Source of the DNA: Octopus sinensis
Lineage: Eukaryota
NCBI RefSeq assembly: GCF_006345805.1
Contig: NC_043010.1
Location: forward strand, 47,864,001-47,928,000
Length of the DNA stretch: 64,000 nt
Direction: 5' to 3'
The notes beneath the pieces were generated by a model, which saw only the letters and a list, made by a program, of their open reading frames with translations, was not told the DNA's origin and searched no databases. Both the position numbers and the translations under genes were made by a program. Numbering within the stretch: the stretch's first letter is position 1; every line of letters starts with the position of its first letter. Positions 11,541 to 26,041 of the stretch are shown one piece after another.

Positions 11541-14500
11541 CTAAGTGCTTAGAGGTCTGCTCAAGAAGTATTACATAACATGATCACCAGCATTATTTCT
11601 TATAGGATATAATACAGATCTTTGTTTTCCTTAGGTAGTTCGGTTGACTGAAACAATTCCAGAATTTTATCAAAATTTATTTTAAATCGACATTGGACAG
11701 ATGAAAGGCCAAGCTAGACAAGGGAAGATTTGAACTGACGAAAAAAAAAATGAGATGACAAGACATCACAAATCACTTGTTTACTTCATTATCTGCACCA
11801 AAATTGTTATATGCTTCAGCAACTGTAATCTATTAAACCACTGGCACTTAATTTATGATCATACTTCTCTAAAATAACTCAAATTGCTTTGATATTTAAG
11901 TTCAATGTTTGCTCGTATTTAAGACAACCATTTGAATGAGTGAGAATTAATTATAAAGTAATTTCAGGACCAATGACAAAATAATCAGGACAAAGTAATT
12001 TTTACATATATATATTTATATAAACAAAATTCAACACTGTACAAAGAAAGTAGATAGAACTTGAGAGATCGCGAGAAATGAGAGTGATATCAATTCATTC
12101 TTACAAAATATAAAAAAAAAGAGAGAAAGAGAAAGCAAGTTCTATATATTCGTCGACACACACAATCAGTACAGATCTAAGTGAAATATGTACAAGTAGC
12201 AAGCAACCGATTTTCTTAAACCGTTTGCTATAAAACACAATAGGAGATAATGAAATAAAAGAAAGGAGGTGGGGATTCTTAACAGAGAGCGATGCAATGA
12301 AAGAACTAAAATTATACGGTGTAATAAGTGACAACATCAAAATGAAACAGACAGTATAATGACTAATGGGGAGGAAAAACATATTCGGGGAAAATGGAAA
12401 AAAAAAAAAAATTGAAAAATAATAGACTGGCTTCACTTCAGATATGAAGTGCACGTTATACAAATTTTTTATTTCTTATATTTTGGTAAAAAGTATAATG
12501 CAAGGATAGCACAAAAATAAATAAATAAAAACTAAATCGCTCAAAGGGGGAAAAAGGCGGAGTACTTAAATTGACAACCACATTACGAACACAAAAATAG
12601 CAACACAATGATAACGAACCGAGAAATTATATGCAGTCGCCCAAACTGCAAAAAAGAAAAAATAGCAGCTAAATCTCCTCTTCAAATTAGTTTCTATCGT
12701 TTAAAACAAAAGGGCAAGACACATTGAACAATGTTATTCTTCGATATCAAAAAAAGAGAAGATGGTCACGGATGCAACGCCTTTGCCAGAGGTTTGCAGA
12801 TCCTGGACTAAACAATAACAAAGCAACGAGGCAAAAAAAAAAAAAAAAAAATACGTGGTTACTCGCTAGAAATAGCAGCCAAATCTATTTCAAACTACAT
12901 CTTACGTCTTGAAATAAAAGGTCTCACTGGATAATGTAGTCCTAGAAATAACATCTTTAAAAAAAAGAAAAGAAAAAGGAAAATGATCAAGGCTAAGAAT
13001 GCATTTGATCAGATGTTTGATGACAGCAAGTGCGTGATGAAAAACAAGCAAAATAAATAATCCTCGTCGCTTGATACTTTTTTTATTCCTTAAAAGGAAA
13101 GAAGTGTTGGGGATATTTGCTGCTAAGATTTCTGGGAGGATTGGACTAGATTGGAATTGAAAAATGTAACGAGACAAAGAACCGAGCAGAGCAGAAAGGA
13201 AATGCAATCGAATCATCATAAATTCTTCCTCTTGTTTGCTCTCTTCCCACCGTCGCTATTACATTAAACCGACCATATCAAGTTTAAATTTAGACAATTT
13301 TTAAGCCCAGAAACAAACAAACACACACACACAAAACTTCTAAATATTAAAAGGACAATACGATAAAATACACATGTAAGCAAAATTATATATATATATA
13401 TATACGTATGTATGTATACACACATATACAGAGTATTATAGATTCTTTATAGCTGATGTCACTAGCCCTACAAAAAATCTGGGTGAGTTATGATGATGAT
13501 GCCAGCAAAAACGTGTTGGATCTAGGTGTATGCAGAAAGGGTTGTTGAAGCGGGTACTGGGGTCGATATGAGCGTAGGAGTGCTTCGTCACACACACACA
13601 CACACACAGTCAACCTGTTAAATACTTTTAACTCCCTGAACACGTGCTGAGTTCGAGTTGCTTTCGCTTATACACTTATACACGCACGTGTGTATGTGAG
13701 GGAAAGAGAATAAAATAGAAAGAATTTAAGCTCCAGTTTGTCCTGGTTGAGTAAACCTGTGCGATCAGAAAGTCCAGCCGTGGCTACCTCGTCTATTATT
13801 CGGACAGCTTATCGCGGACCACATTATCAAATGTATATATGCTTCGTCTTTTTAAGACGGCATGGTGTGACTCGACTAAATAGGATTTACCTATCATTTA
13901 TAACAGGTCCAACGTCTACGCGAAAAGGTTTCGTTGGGGCTCCTGTGTAAATTACATTTTACATTGACATAAGGCCGAGAGTTGAGCCACATACCTAGTA
14001 TTTATTTTACCGACTTGAATGGAATTTGAACTCGAATCTAAGAGGTAAAAAAAATAAATAACGTATGACATTGTAATCCGACAAGCTAATCGTTTCTACC
14101 AAAAAACTATTAAAAAGAAAATTGGCACGCGACATAAATTCGAAGTATACGGTAGTTTGAACTAACTGGTGCTTTTATTGATCCAGATAGAATAAATGAA
14201 AAGCAAATCCAACTCTAACAGGATTTGAAACAGGATAAGTATCGCAAGACATTTGTTACCAACAAACTAGCCTGATGGACATGGAGCAGGTGGTATGAAG
14301 CCCATTTGATGTTGGCCGAAAAGAGAAACTTCGCTTTCAATTCTCTCTGATACAAATAGTATATCCTTTATGCCGAAACAAAGCATTGTCTTTCGGAGTT
14401 TTATCTTGTTGACGAGTAAAACATTAAAATCATTGAAACATAAAGCAGTGTTCTACCTAATCAAAAGTGTTCGGGGGATATTGGACTGTTATTTCCAGCA

Positions 14501-17438
14501 GGTTAAACGACAACGTATAGGCTCCCTCGTTTACATCAGTATTTATGTACTAAATTTGGTAAAGTGAGTTGGTAAAACTATACCCTAAAATTACCACATC
14601 AACAGTACTAAGTCGTTTCTAGCAGAGGTACAGAACCAACACATTTCGGGGTAGAAGCATAGTCCATTAGATCGTCCCAATAGCATTTGAAATTACTAAT
14701 TACTTTTAAGGAACCTCGGTGAAAAAGAAATAAAATAAAAGCAAAGTCGACGCCAACCGATTCGAACTCAGAACATAAAGGAATGCAGTTAAATACTGCG
14801 AGGTATTTTTTGCGACACACCACCGATTGTCATCCATCACTCTTAATACTACTGAAAGGACCGACTAAACATAGTACATATCGCCCTTGGACTGATGATG
14901 AGAAAAAGGCAAAGCCGATACCGGCGAGGAATTCACAGCGGACGGAATAGTGGGGGTCGACAAAAGAGCTAGTGGCTTCCATGCCTTTCCCCATGCAAAG
15001 CCGATCTCGACTACGAAGCTAGCAAGAAATTTATAGTGAACGGAGAATGGGATTGACAAAGTTGAGTTGTGACTTTCATGTCATTCCACCATGGCATTAA
15101 GCAAATGGAGAACTAGCTTTGACAAAGTGACCGGGTCCTCCCGATAATTTTAGCGCTTTGCATCTTGTTACACAATAATGCTGATAACAGCTTGTTTAAT
15201 GAATATTAAAAAAAAAGTTACACGAAAAAAACAAAAAAACAAAAAGAAAGATACCACAGTATCTAGCGTCCGTGAAATGCCCCGCCCACCAGAAATAAAT
15301 ATCTAACTAGGGAATTGACATAATTCCATATGTCAACCTCCTTTCTGAAAATGCAAAAAGGAAAAAAAAATATTAAGAATAATAAATTCTTGCAGAAAGC
15401 AAATCTTGTGGAAGACAAAGCGTTCCTTTAACGGAACTCACGTCGACAAAAAGAGAAAGAAAAAAAAGGAAAGCAGGAAGGAAGTCGTTTGATACCATCT
15501 TTTTAGAATGATGGTGGCGGAGGCGGTTGCTGGGGGGAGATTAGGAAGAACATAGAGAGGCAGACTTGAGTAAAACAATCCTTTTTCTCTCTCTCTGATA
15601 ATGGCGAATGGAAATAAAATGTAACAGGTATATTGCACACACACACATATATATATATATGCATACACACATACGTTTTGAGTTGGAGCAAGGGTGAAAT
15701 AAGCATTAAAACACTCTTGAACTGATTGACATTGTAACAAGCAAGTATAAACACAGACACATATTATAAAACAGAAAGAGAGAAGAGAGTAAGGGAGAAA
15801 AGACAGAGATAGAGTAAAAAATAAACAAGGTAACGATCGAGTGTACAAGAAGCATGAGAAAAACCACAAAAAGGTGTAATAAATACAACAAAAATATGCA
15901 AACGAATTACAAGAAAAAATTTAAACCACTCCGATAAACCATAACAAATTATTTGGTCCAGAGAAGAAAAAAACCACGATATAAATAGATTATATAATTT
16001 TGCCGTGATAAAACTATTAGAACGTACGAAACATGTTAAGAAAATATATTATGATATTGGATCGACTAAGTTTTGAATTAGTAGTTCGTAAGTTTAACTA
16101 AATAAAGCTATTAAATGTTAAGTTGCATATTAACTTTGTTTGATACAAAAGTATATACAATTTCTTTGCATTTTACAAGAGGTTTTTGGCTACGCAAACA
16201 GGATCCCACAATTATCTGAAGCGTTAGAGAACTAGTTTACTATGTGGTGATACAAACGACCAACTAGAAATAGCAGTCAAAGCTGCCTCAAATAATACGA
16301 GCCGAGAAAAGGACCCGATCTGTTGGATACGATCCTGGGTTCCCTATACAAGAAAGAAAGAAAAGAGTGGATGGTCACGAATGGAATGTCTGGCCTGAAG
16401 TTAAAACAAGTCACCTCAGCGTTTTTGCTGGCAGAAATAGGTAGAAATGCCAGATTAAACGCTTTAAAAAGATTTACTTAGACTACTAGTCCCCTCTCGA
16501 TTCTCAGTTCAAACTATCGTCTCCGGGGGTCGAGTTCAACTATTTGGTCATCAATCACCTTTCTTAGATTGATAACACGAGTTCAAAAAAAAAAAAAAAA
16601 AAAAAACTAGGGTCCATTCAATTAGCAAACTGCACTACACTCCTTTACTATAAATATCTGGCTCCGGCTAATGTAAGAAACCATTATTACTGTAAGCTGT
16701 AGAATCACTTACAGTAAAACACAGTTCGACACTTCAATCCCGTTGTTGTTCACACGACCGATATTTAAATCCTGTTCGGTGTCGTTTTATCTCACAGGGA
16801 TAAATAGATATATATATATATATTACTAAATCAATTGAACTAAAAGCCTCCTTATGAAAGTACCAACAGCAAAAAAAAAAACATTCGTGGAGATGACCAA
16901 GACAAAAAAAGTGGATAGAGAGCTAAATTGAACTCATCACACACGAAGCATCGTCAATTACGAGTTGTTTTTTTGGTACAAATTTTGCTGGAGATGAGAC
17001 ATCTTGTTAATTTTTTAATCCTTTGGGAGGGAGCTGGGTGGTAAACGGAAATAGAATCACAGAAGAGAAATATTTCATTTAAATAGTGTAAATGATTGAA
17101 ATTTTTCTTTTTTTTTTTTTACTTTAAGTTGCTTATTAAGTGATAATAAATTACTCCTACCACCAATGACAGCACAATTTATATAAAAAATTGTATGTCG
17201 AAAACATCGTTTTATTCAATATCTTAAAACAATGAAATTTAAAAAAAAAAACATTGAATCAGTCATTTATTAAAGTTTTTCCTGTAATTTTTTTTTTTTT
17301 TTATTGGATTCGATCAAACAAGTAGCATGGATCGGCAGCTAAATCGAACTTAAAACACACACACACGTCATGAAACCAAAAGAAAAAAGGGAAAAACCTC
17401 GGTAAAAATATATATTAAAAAAAAAACCTTTTACGTAC

Positions 17439-17529
17439 CGATCTGTTAAGTCTGCTCCAAATTTTTCCTCAAGTTTCCGTCGAACTTTTTTAGCCGACAG
17501 AGAGGAGAGATCTGCTCCTTTGAGTATTT
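17439..17529 (-). CDS. DEK_C-domain protein (UAF30/spp27/TRI1-like), coding exon 2
   Basis: ttccag|AA ATA CTC...GAT CG|gtacgt encodes (E)ILKGADLSSLSAKKVRRKLEEKFGADLTD(R), a typical DEK_C helix pattern. Phase 1 joins exon 1. Confidence 0.85.
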
Positions 17530-18944
17530 CTGGAACCAAAACAGATCGATGATGTTATTTATATTCATTTTCAAACAAACTCTGGATAATAATGATTTTT
17601 TGGGGTTTTTTTTTTTTTGCATATTTTGATCAGTCCTGATTAAACAGACCTTTGGGCCAAAAAACTGTGATAATCGTGTGCTTTAAGTTCAGGACCAGGA
17701 CCACATAAATTTTCTTTAAGGTATGGTTTTGAGGGTGGAGGGTGGATTTAGCTGCTATGGCGAGGAAGAAGCAAAAACAAAAAACAGCGTGGGGAAAATA
17801 CAAAGAAGAAACTTAAAACATTTGGTATTTTGTAAGAAACTGATAGAAGAGGAAGAAGTATAAATCCTAAATGAAGTAAAACTGTCTTTTACCAAAAAAA
17901 AAAAAAAAAAGACTAAGTGGTTAGGAAGGGAAAAGGTGTAGGAGGGGAAATAGCTTAGAGAGAGGTAAAAATAAAACTAATAATAACAAAGTGGAAGAAA
18001 CATTTATAAATTGGAGTTACTTCACCATTAGGTTATTGTTTCTTTTATTTTCAAAATTTGCATTCAGCACTGGGGGGGGGGGAGAATAGTAAAAATATAG
18101 TAATCTGTTACAAATCACACAAAGACAGGCGGAGAACAGACAAAACAATCGCTATTATTATCATCATTAATGCTCTTAAAAGGCGAACCTGTGATTATAT
18201 TTGGTGCATGTTACAAGAAATCATTACAAGTGGTTTTAAATTTGCTAATTCTGCAATAATAAAAATATTTTTTTGAAGTGTTGACTTCTTTTTTTTTATC
18301 ATTTTTACTTCTCCATCTTACAATCAGAACAGCTAGCAACTAAAACAAAAAGGTAAAACAGTAGAGATGGTCATGGTCACTAACAGAGAAGAAATGATAA
18401 AACTATAAATAAATCTGTTAAATAAAAACAGGTAGCGACAACAGATATATGTATTTTTTTTAGAGATCACTGTAAACATGCACACCATTAACTTCAACTT
18501 GTAAATGTAAACGGCTGACTCTACATACATACATATACACACATGTGTATATATTTATACACATAAGAGAGAGACATGGCTGCATGTGTAAAGATGTATA
18601 CATCTTAAGAATGCATCACTTCGGAAGCTTGTATCCAAGACAAGAAGTGGAAGACTATGGGAAAAAATCATCTAGCTAAACAATGCAAAGACAGCAATGA
18701 AGAGCAAGCGAAAATTCATTCGCGCAAATTAGACATATTTAGGGACATGTCCGACGAAATAATTAGCATTATTAACGATGGCATCTTATGAAGAAGGGGA
18801 GAAAAAAGGATAAAATAAAACTAGCGTAACAACAGAAACTCGGGCGAAACGAATCGAGAGGAAAGGAAGAAAGTTTATTGTTATTTCGTAAGATGTATAG
18901 ACAGGTGATAGAGATTTTTATGGATGTCTGTGTGAGTTGCTTAC

Positions 18945-18987
18945 CTCGAATGCTTCGCAAAAGCACAGCATTGCTTATCCCCGCCAT
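18945..18987 (-). CDS. DEK_C-domain protein, coding exon 1
   Basis: aaaATGG context; encodes MAGISNAVLLRSIR(E) with donor G|gtaagc. In-frame TGA upstream. Joins exon 2 in frame. Confidence 0.85.
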
Positions 18988-19297
18988 TTTCTGTGTTCAA
19001 CTCTGGCCACGCGAGATTCACGCTTGTCGGTCCTAAAAACACATGCCTACTTCTTATACAAGACACACACCACCACACACATACATATATACATATACTG
19101 TCTTTGGGTCTTCGTAAATAAAAAAAAATCTCATCTTGGAAACACATACCAAAAAAAAAAAAAAGATGATAATAATAATAATAATAAAGAATTATATCGA
19201 ACTCTGTTTTCAAATTAGAATTTAAATGAAGGAGATAGGATACAAATAGAAATATTTCAAAAGTTATTTATTGCAAAAAAAAAAGTACATACATGCA

Positions 19298-19343
<46 letters not shown>

Positions 19344-20721
19344 AGAACATATATCTGTGTGTGCGTATCGTATCTATGTCTGTATATATATGTATGTATA
19401 TGTGTATGTATGTATATGTGTATGTATGTACATGCGTGTGTATATGTTTGTGTCATAATAATTGTTGTTACGAAATCTCGTCTACTAACAATAATATTTA
19501 TTTTTAAAAAAACACAGCAAAATTTAATTTGGAGACAAATTTTGCTCAGTTGTCATGATGAAAAAGCTTGACAATCTATTATTTAGTTTTACGGAAAAAA
19601 ATAATAATAATAATAATAATAGTAGTAGTAATAATAATAGTAATAATAATAATAATAGTAATAGTAATAATAATAACAGCAGCAGAAGCGGCAATAAGCG
19701 AAAGCAAAATCAATAACATAACGGCTTTTACAGCTAGCAGACATCGTGAGTCTTCGTGATTAAATTTTCAATTATAGCATGCTAGTAAAGCATAGTTTTT
19801 GGTGGCACTTTCTGAGGCATTTGCTTTCATTTCACCTAAATCGATAAAATAAGTACCAGTAATATAAATAACATTGAACTTTATGACTTCTAATTGCAAA
19901 ATAGTGAAACTGATGTGCAGTCGTCAAAGGAAAAACCATAATAGTATTGTAGTGTTTCACTTTCCGAAAAATTGACACGCTGTTGTTTTGGTTTGTGTTT
20001 TTTTAATGGAATGCAACCAAAGTGTGTTTATGTATACAAATGCTAACATAGATATATATTTATGTTAGCATATGTATTTTTTTGCAGTTCGTTATTATTT
20101 TAACAGAAGAGGTTGAGAAAACGTTAAAGATATCTCAAAAGAAGGCTTCTTGTGAAATTTAAAAATACTGTTGCACTAATTTTTAAAGAGTAAAAACACC
20201 TTTCCACCTGCAAACAACATGTATTTATACATGTACATGTGTGCGTGTACTCAATCATTATTCAAATAAAAACCATAGTAAGCGTCAGAATACAATGTTA
20301 AAACTCAAGACTAAAATACAAATATTGAAACTTTTATTATTCCTGTTTTACTTTCATTATTGAAGTCGTATTTCTTCCTGTTACGCTTGACTACCCTGTA
20401 ATAGAGTAGACAATCAGCCTGTACATTGGCGAGGAGCCACAAAATGCATACACAAACTAAATACAACACACAGGAATGGGTGCATGGTTAAGCAAGCTCA
20501 CTTGCAACCACGTGGTTTCGGTTTCAATCCCACTTCACGGTATCTTCGGCAAGTGTCTTAAAGGCCTGATTCGAGGCCCAACCTTCTGAGTTCTTTTACA
20601 GGGGTTAGGAAAACTGAAGGACCGAGGAATATGTTCAATAAAATCATAATTAACTGATTCCTCCTGTATTTTCTTTTATCCAAAACCGGGTACTTTTCAG
20701 CACCCACTCTTGATAATATAT

Positions 20722-21085
20722 ATATTATCGTTTACTTGTTTCAGTCATTACACCACCTTGAAGAATTTCAGTCGAACTAAACGGCCCCAGTGTTTATTTT
20801 CTTTTTAAGCCTGGTTCTTATTCTATTGGTCTCTTTTGCAGAACCGCTAAGTTGCAAGGATGTAAACACACCAACACTGGTTGTCAAGTGGTGGGGAATA
20901 AAAAAAAGACACATATATACACACACACTCACACACACATTGATATATACGATGGGCTTTTTTCAGGTTCTGCCTACCAAATCCACCCACAAGATTTTGG
21001 TTGGCCCAAGGCTTTAGTAGAAGACACTTGCCTAAGGTGCCACACAGTGGGAGTGAACCCAGGACCATAAGATTAAGAAGTAAGC
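20722..21085 (-). mobile_element. tRNA-derived SINE, family A
   Basis: Reverse complement of the family A consensus. Confidence 0.8.
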
Positions 21086-21849
21086 TTCTTTTATTCATTA
21101 GATTGGCCATAAAGGCCTTACAAAGAAAGTAAGTTGTGGGCTGGACAAAGACATAATGAAATGAAATGATAAATGATATGATAATAATAAGTGCAACAAG
21201 CAATGCCCACTGATTGCTGTTTACCCGAGCACAATGTTCTTTATAAGTATCATATTTGAGGCAACAAAGCTCTTACACAGTTCAAAGCAAAACATTAATG
21301 TAGCAATAAACCTCTCACATTTACAACACAAAATCCACTGTGAGACAACAAACGTCTTACACAAGGCAATACAAATTCAGCAAAACAACAAAAATGAGGC
21401 ACCAAGTCTCTTACTTCAATCATTTACAACCCTCCCTGCCCGACTAGACTTCTCACCTTGGTCAAACGCCTGGACAGTGTCAAGTCGGGTCGTTTCAACA
21501 CAAAATTAAAAGTGTCCTCCGGGAAGGAGTTCATTATCCTACACAGATCAGTTTCCCATATGACCTCTACAGCCACCTGCGAAGGCCAGTCAGGGACCTC
21601 CATGCAGTACAGAATCCCCTCCCTTCCTTTTAATCCCCTCTCTTCCTTTTAAACTTCGTAATGAAGTTTTCTATTGTCCCTCCCTTATGGGAGAGGACCA
21701 CGAACTTCTCCTCCACAGCATGGGAGGGATCTACAGTTTCCACCTTTGGTGGCACAACTCCCACCGAAGGTGCTTTGGGACACGCCAGAGCAGTGTGTCA
21801 CAAACCGCTGGAGAAGTAAACTTCTTACTACTCAGTCATGCCTGCACCT

Positions 21850-22075
21850 AATTTATTTAAAGTTGTGAGATGGTAGAATTATCATGCCAGACAAAATGTT
21901 TAGTGGCATTTCATCTGTCCTTATATTCTGTGTTCAAGTTCTGCCAAGGTCAACTTTGTCTTTCTCCCTCTTGGGCTTGATAAAATAAGTACCAGTTGAG
22001 CACTGAGATCAAAGTAATTGACTGTCCCCTCCCCTCAAAGTTTAGTCCTTGTGCCTATAGTAGAAAGAATTATAT
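21850..22075 (+). mobile_element. tRNA-derived SINE, family M
   Basis: gtgttcaagttctgccaaggtcaactttg...gataaaataagtaccagttgagcact. Confidence 0.7.
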
Positions 22076-22479
22076 TTTACTATATTATTGTGCAGTATAG
22101 TTTTGGTTATGTCATATAACTGGCCAGAATGTTATCAACAATTTTATGCCAATGATTGCAATTAGCAATATTGGTTGTTGTAAATAAACACAATCTTCTA
22201 ACTACTGCCTGTAGTGTTTTAAAATGTTGCAAAGGATGCCAGTAGGAGGATTTAGAAACAGTCCTTGAATAAAAAAAATATTTTTGATGTGGTGATCTAT
22301 GACAATGAAGATATGGTAGCTAGCTGGTTTAAGGACCACATCATTTATATGTTTAGCCCTAACATCCACAACAGAAGGTGCTGCCATAAAGTCCTCTAGT
22401 TTGTCTCACCTTTCTCACTCAATATGAAAACCTGCATGGGAAAAGTCTTCCTTATATTAGTAGACAAACATTTTACACA

Positions 22480-23000
22480 GGACCATAGGTATAGGAAATT
22501 ATTTTCAATAGGCATAACTTAAGTGTTCTGTTCAGCTGTAAGACTAGTGTAAAAATTAAAATATTAGTGAATACCCTAAAACCCCATACAGAAGTAGGAT
22601 ATTCCTGTATGTTTAATAGTGAGGGCTCAATGCAGCATGGAAGCTATGGCCAATAAGAACAAGGGGGGGGGGGGCAAATAGAGAAGTATGTTGGGGCAAC
22701 AGAAGGCCACTTTAAGACCAGGCTTAATAATCAAAAATCCTGTTTTAAAGTTAGGGAGAGGCACAATGTTATGTCATAAACTGACTAAATATATTTAAAA
22801 GAGGAAGGAATGCTTTACAAAATCAATTGGGAACTGTTGGAACAGCCCAGATCATATCTGAATAAAAGTACACACTGCATACCTTGCTTGGCTGAGAAGC
22901 AGATCATTCCAAAAAATTTCACATAAACCAAGTGCTTTCTTGAACTTAGAAAGTGAACTATTTTGTTGTTGCCCTTATGAAGAGAAATTTATTTTGGTAA
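22480..23000 (+). mobile_element. Naiad-like Penelope GIY-YIG fragment (dead)
   Basis: KYVGATEGHFKTRLNNQKS ... KINWELL ... CIPCLAEK; same family as 36.7-37.8 kb. Confidence 0.7.
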
Positions 23001-23144
23001 TGTGGGTGGTCCCCACTTTCAGACAATAGAATGACAGGTATACACACACAGCTGACATCAACTCATGGGAAGCAACTCCTATCTCCCTCCCAGAAAATAG
23101 TATAACTTTTCACATTTCTTGTTTTGAGTCAACCAGAACTATAT

Positions 23145-23202
<58 letters not shown>

Positions 23203-23224
23203 GTTTAAATATTTGTTGTGCAAG

Positions 23225-25870
23225 ATAAGTCCGGCAGGATGTCAATAGACAGCTTACCGAACTACATCCAGGCAATGCAACCTCATATCGCTAATACAAA
23301 AGTAACAACTGTACAGGCGCATGAGTAGAGAGAAAAGGTCCTCAATGCCCACATGATGATGTGGACAATTGTTCTGGGACCTCAGAAACGTACTGCAAAG
23401 AATTTCCAAGCCTGGAACAATGATATCCCGGCACTGTATGGACTTCGCAAGGACCATAAAGGTTTTACTGACCCTATAGCAGGACCACCAACAAGACCAG
23501 TCTGTGGGCGAATATCGCTAGCAATTGCAGAATCTCCTACTTCCTCTCAATGATCATACGCCCTATAATCAGGATGTCACCTGATGTTGTGTGACAGCAC
23601 AGAAGATCTCCTAAGCAGGATCAGTGACTGTAACAAAACTTGTGACTTGACAGGATGTACAGTAGGTAGCATGGATGTGGTATCCCTATACCCATCGATT
23701 GACGTAGATTTTGCAGTGGAGAAGTGCGTGGAGATTGATCAACGAGCCAGTGGAGTTCTGTAATGTCGACACAGAAGAACTGGGCCTCCTACTTAGACTG
23801 ACATATAAGTGAATACTTAGATAAACATAATCTTAGTAGTTTCTGCCCCAGTAGATGTTTAAGAGGTAGACCGCCTACAATTACTTCTATGGCTAGGAAG
23901 ACACATATAGAAAGATGGCACGGATGGACCAGAGCCATACGGAGCCCCGCAAATGTCCATCAGGTAAAGAAAATGATCGCACATGCACTAGGAGCTAGTA
24001 TAAGAGTTACCCTAAAAGGCCACACATTTAAATTTAATAATAAAATATATGCCCAGGACGAGGGGGCAGCCATCGGGTTAGTATCGCTGGTGATGTGGCC
24101 AACCTCTTCATGGTATGGTGGGACAGAAGCTTAAAGAATGCCTACTGCAGAAATCCATACTCGTAAACATGTACTCTCGCTATGTTGATGATATCATATA
24201 GTAGTAAAGGCACCCCCACAAGAGAGTACTGTTGATATAGTAATAGAAACTAATACTATGGAGAGCATCCAGCAAATAGCTAACTCCATCCACCAGAGTA
24301 TAAGGTCACAATAGACTACCCCACTAAACACCCCAACCATAGACTACCAGTACTAGACACTGAACTCTGGCTAGAAATTGTGAAAAATAAAACCCAAATC
24401 CTTCATTCATACTATGCAAAACCTATGGCCTCAAATACCTGATCCACCGGAACTCAGCCATTGCGGGCAATGCCAAATTCAATATTTTGATGGCAGACCT
24501 CGTCAGAATAATGAGAAATGTGTCACGCATGTGCGAGCCTACAGAATAAAAAGACACATACATACTTCATTCACCGCATGCAGTTCTCAGGTTACAGCCA
24601 TAAAGAAAGGATCAGAGTATACAAAGGGCCATGAAGAAATTTGATAATATATTATGTAATGATAGGAATGGGATTTGCCCACTATAGGAACAAGTCATGG
24701 AACATATAGAAAGGACAAAAAAGAAAATAGGAAGGCCAACTCTTGGTATGATAGCCATAAATACCAGAGTGTCATGTTCGTTGACACCACCCCTGGAGGT
24801 GAACTAGCGTACCGCTTTAGAAGGACCTAGATAAACTTAAACTAAGAATTAAGGTTGTTGAAAAGCCAGGCAACCCTATCAGATCTATAATTGGTAGAAG
24901 CTATCCTTTTAGTAGAACTCTCTGTACGGATAACTATTGCACTGTATGTAGATTTAGCCCACAACGAACTGTAAAGCCAGAAATGTGGTCTATAGTATAA
25001 GATGTATAGAGGGACGATGCAGTAACAAGACAGTAACATACGTAGGGGAAACTGCAAGAAGCATTGGTGAGCGGGTGAATGAACATTGGAGACAACTCAA
25101 GGAAGGTAAAAGCTCATCGATTCTGTACCAACACGCCGAACAAGAACACGGGGGATCAATCAATAACATAGATTAAGATATTGTCCACACATAGAACAGA
25201 TGCAACAATTAGACAAATTACAGAAGCTACACATATAATAGAAAATAAACCTAGCCTGAATAGAAAACTAGAATGGAGCAATAGCGCACACCACAACATA
25301 TGACAATAGTGGATCCTGCAAACATAATAAATACACAGGTAATTAAAGAAATAGAATGAATATCTATATATGTATATGTGTATATATATGTATATGTATA
25401 TGTGTATATATGTGTGTGTATATGTATATATATATATATGTATAGTATGTGTGTGTATATCTATATATGTATATGTATATTCCTTTTTTTTTTTTTTTTT
25501 CCATTAGATTTATTATTATTATTACTAATATTGTTGTTATACCATACATACAAGCATATGTAATGATAATAATGGGTGGATGTAAACACATGAACAAAAT
25601 TAGAACAAAAGCAACAACAACAAAAACAAAATACAAATTACAAGAATGTATATAACCAGAAGATACAAATATTACAGGCATCCCCCCCCACACACACTAA
25701 ATAAACATAGACGCACATAGAGATATAAACATGCGCAAATGAAGACATACAATAGAAATATAAAATGGCTGACGGTGTAAAGGAGAGACCCAAGTAAGTG
25801 AGAAAAAACAAGGACCACTGATGCGGTCACAGGAGTGTGACGAAAGAACTTTGGCCGAAATAAGATTAAG
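23225..25870 (+). mobile_element. Neptune-like Penelope element (RT + GIY-YIG), frameshifted
   Basis: LYGLRKDHK, VGSMDVVSLYPSID, QDEGAAIG, YVDD (24181-24192), Cys-rich linker, VYSIRC...YVGETARSIGERVNEH. 3' region interrupted by a microsatellite. Confidence 0.85.
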
Positions 25871-25970
25871 ATTAATGTAAAAAATAAATATCACTGAAGC
25901 AAAATAACACCAAATATATAGTGCGTGTGTTTTTATTGGCTAAACTGGCAATATGACCATTCCGAAATAT

Positions 25971-26041
<71 letters not shown>

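Noticed and set aside
14892-14990. ATGATGA as a possible C/D snoRNA box C or hammerhead core
   Set aside because: No downstream CTGA box D, terminal stem or GAAAC found.
15438-15594. Candidate third exon of the DEK_C gene (cag|AGAGAG...)
   Set aside because: Ambiguous tandem AG acceptors, and the product does not resemble the expected KKEID continuation.
16514-16562. Alternative DEK_C exon 3 candidate (R-KVIDDQIVEL...)
   Set aside because: Weak AAG acceptor, early stop, and it overlaps repeat-like sequence.
21300-21650. Possible LINE fragment on the minus strand
   Set aside because: Too decayed to assign any motif with confidence.
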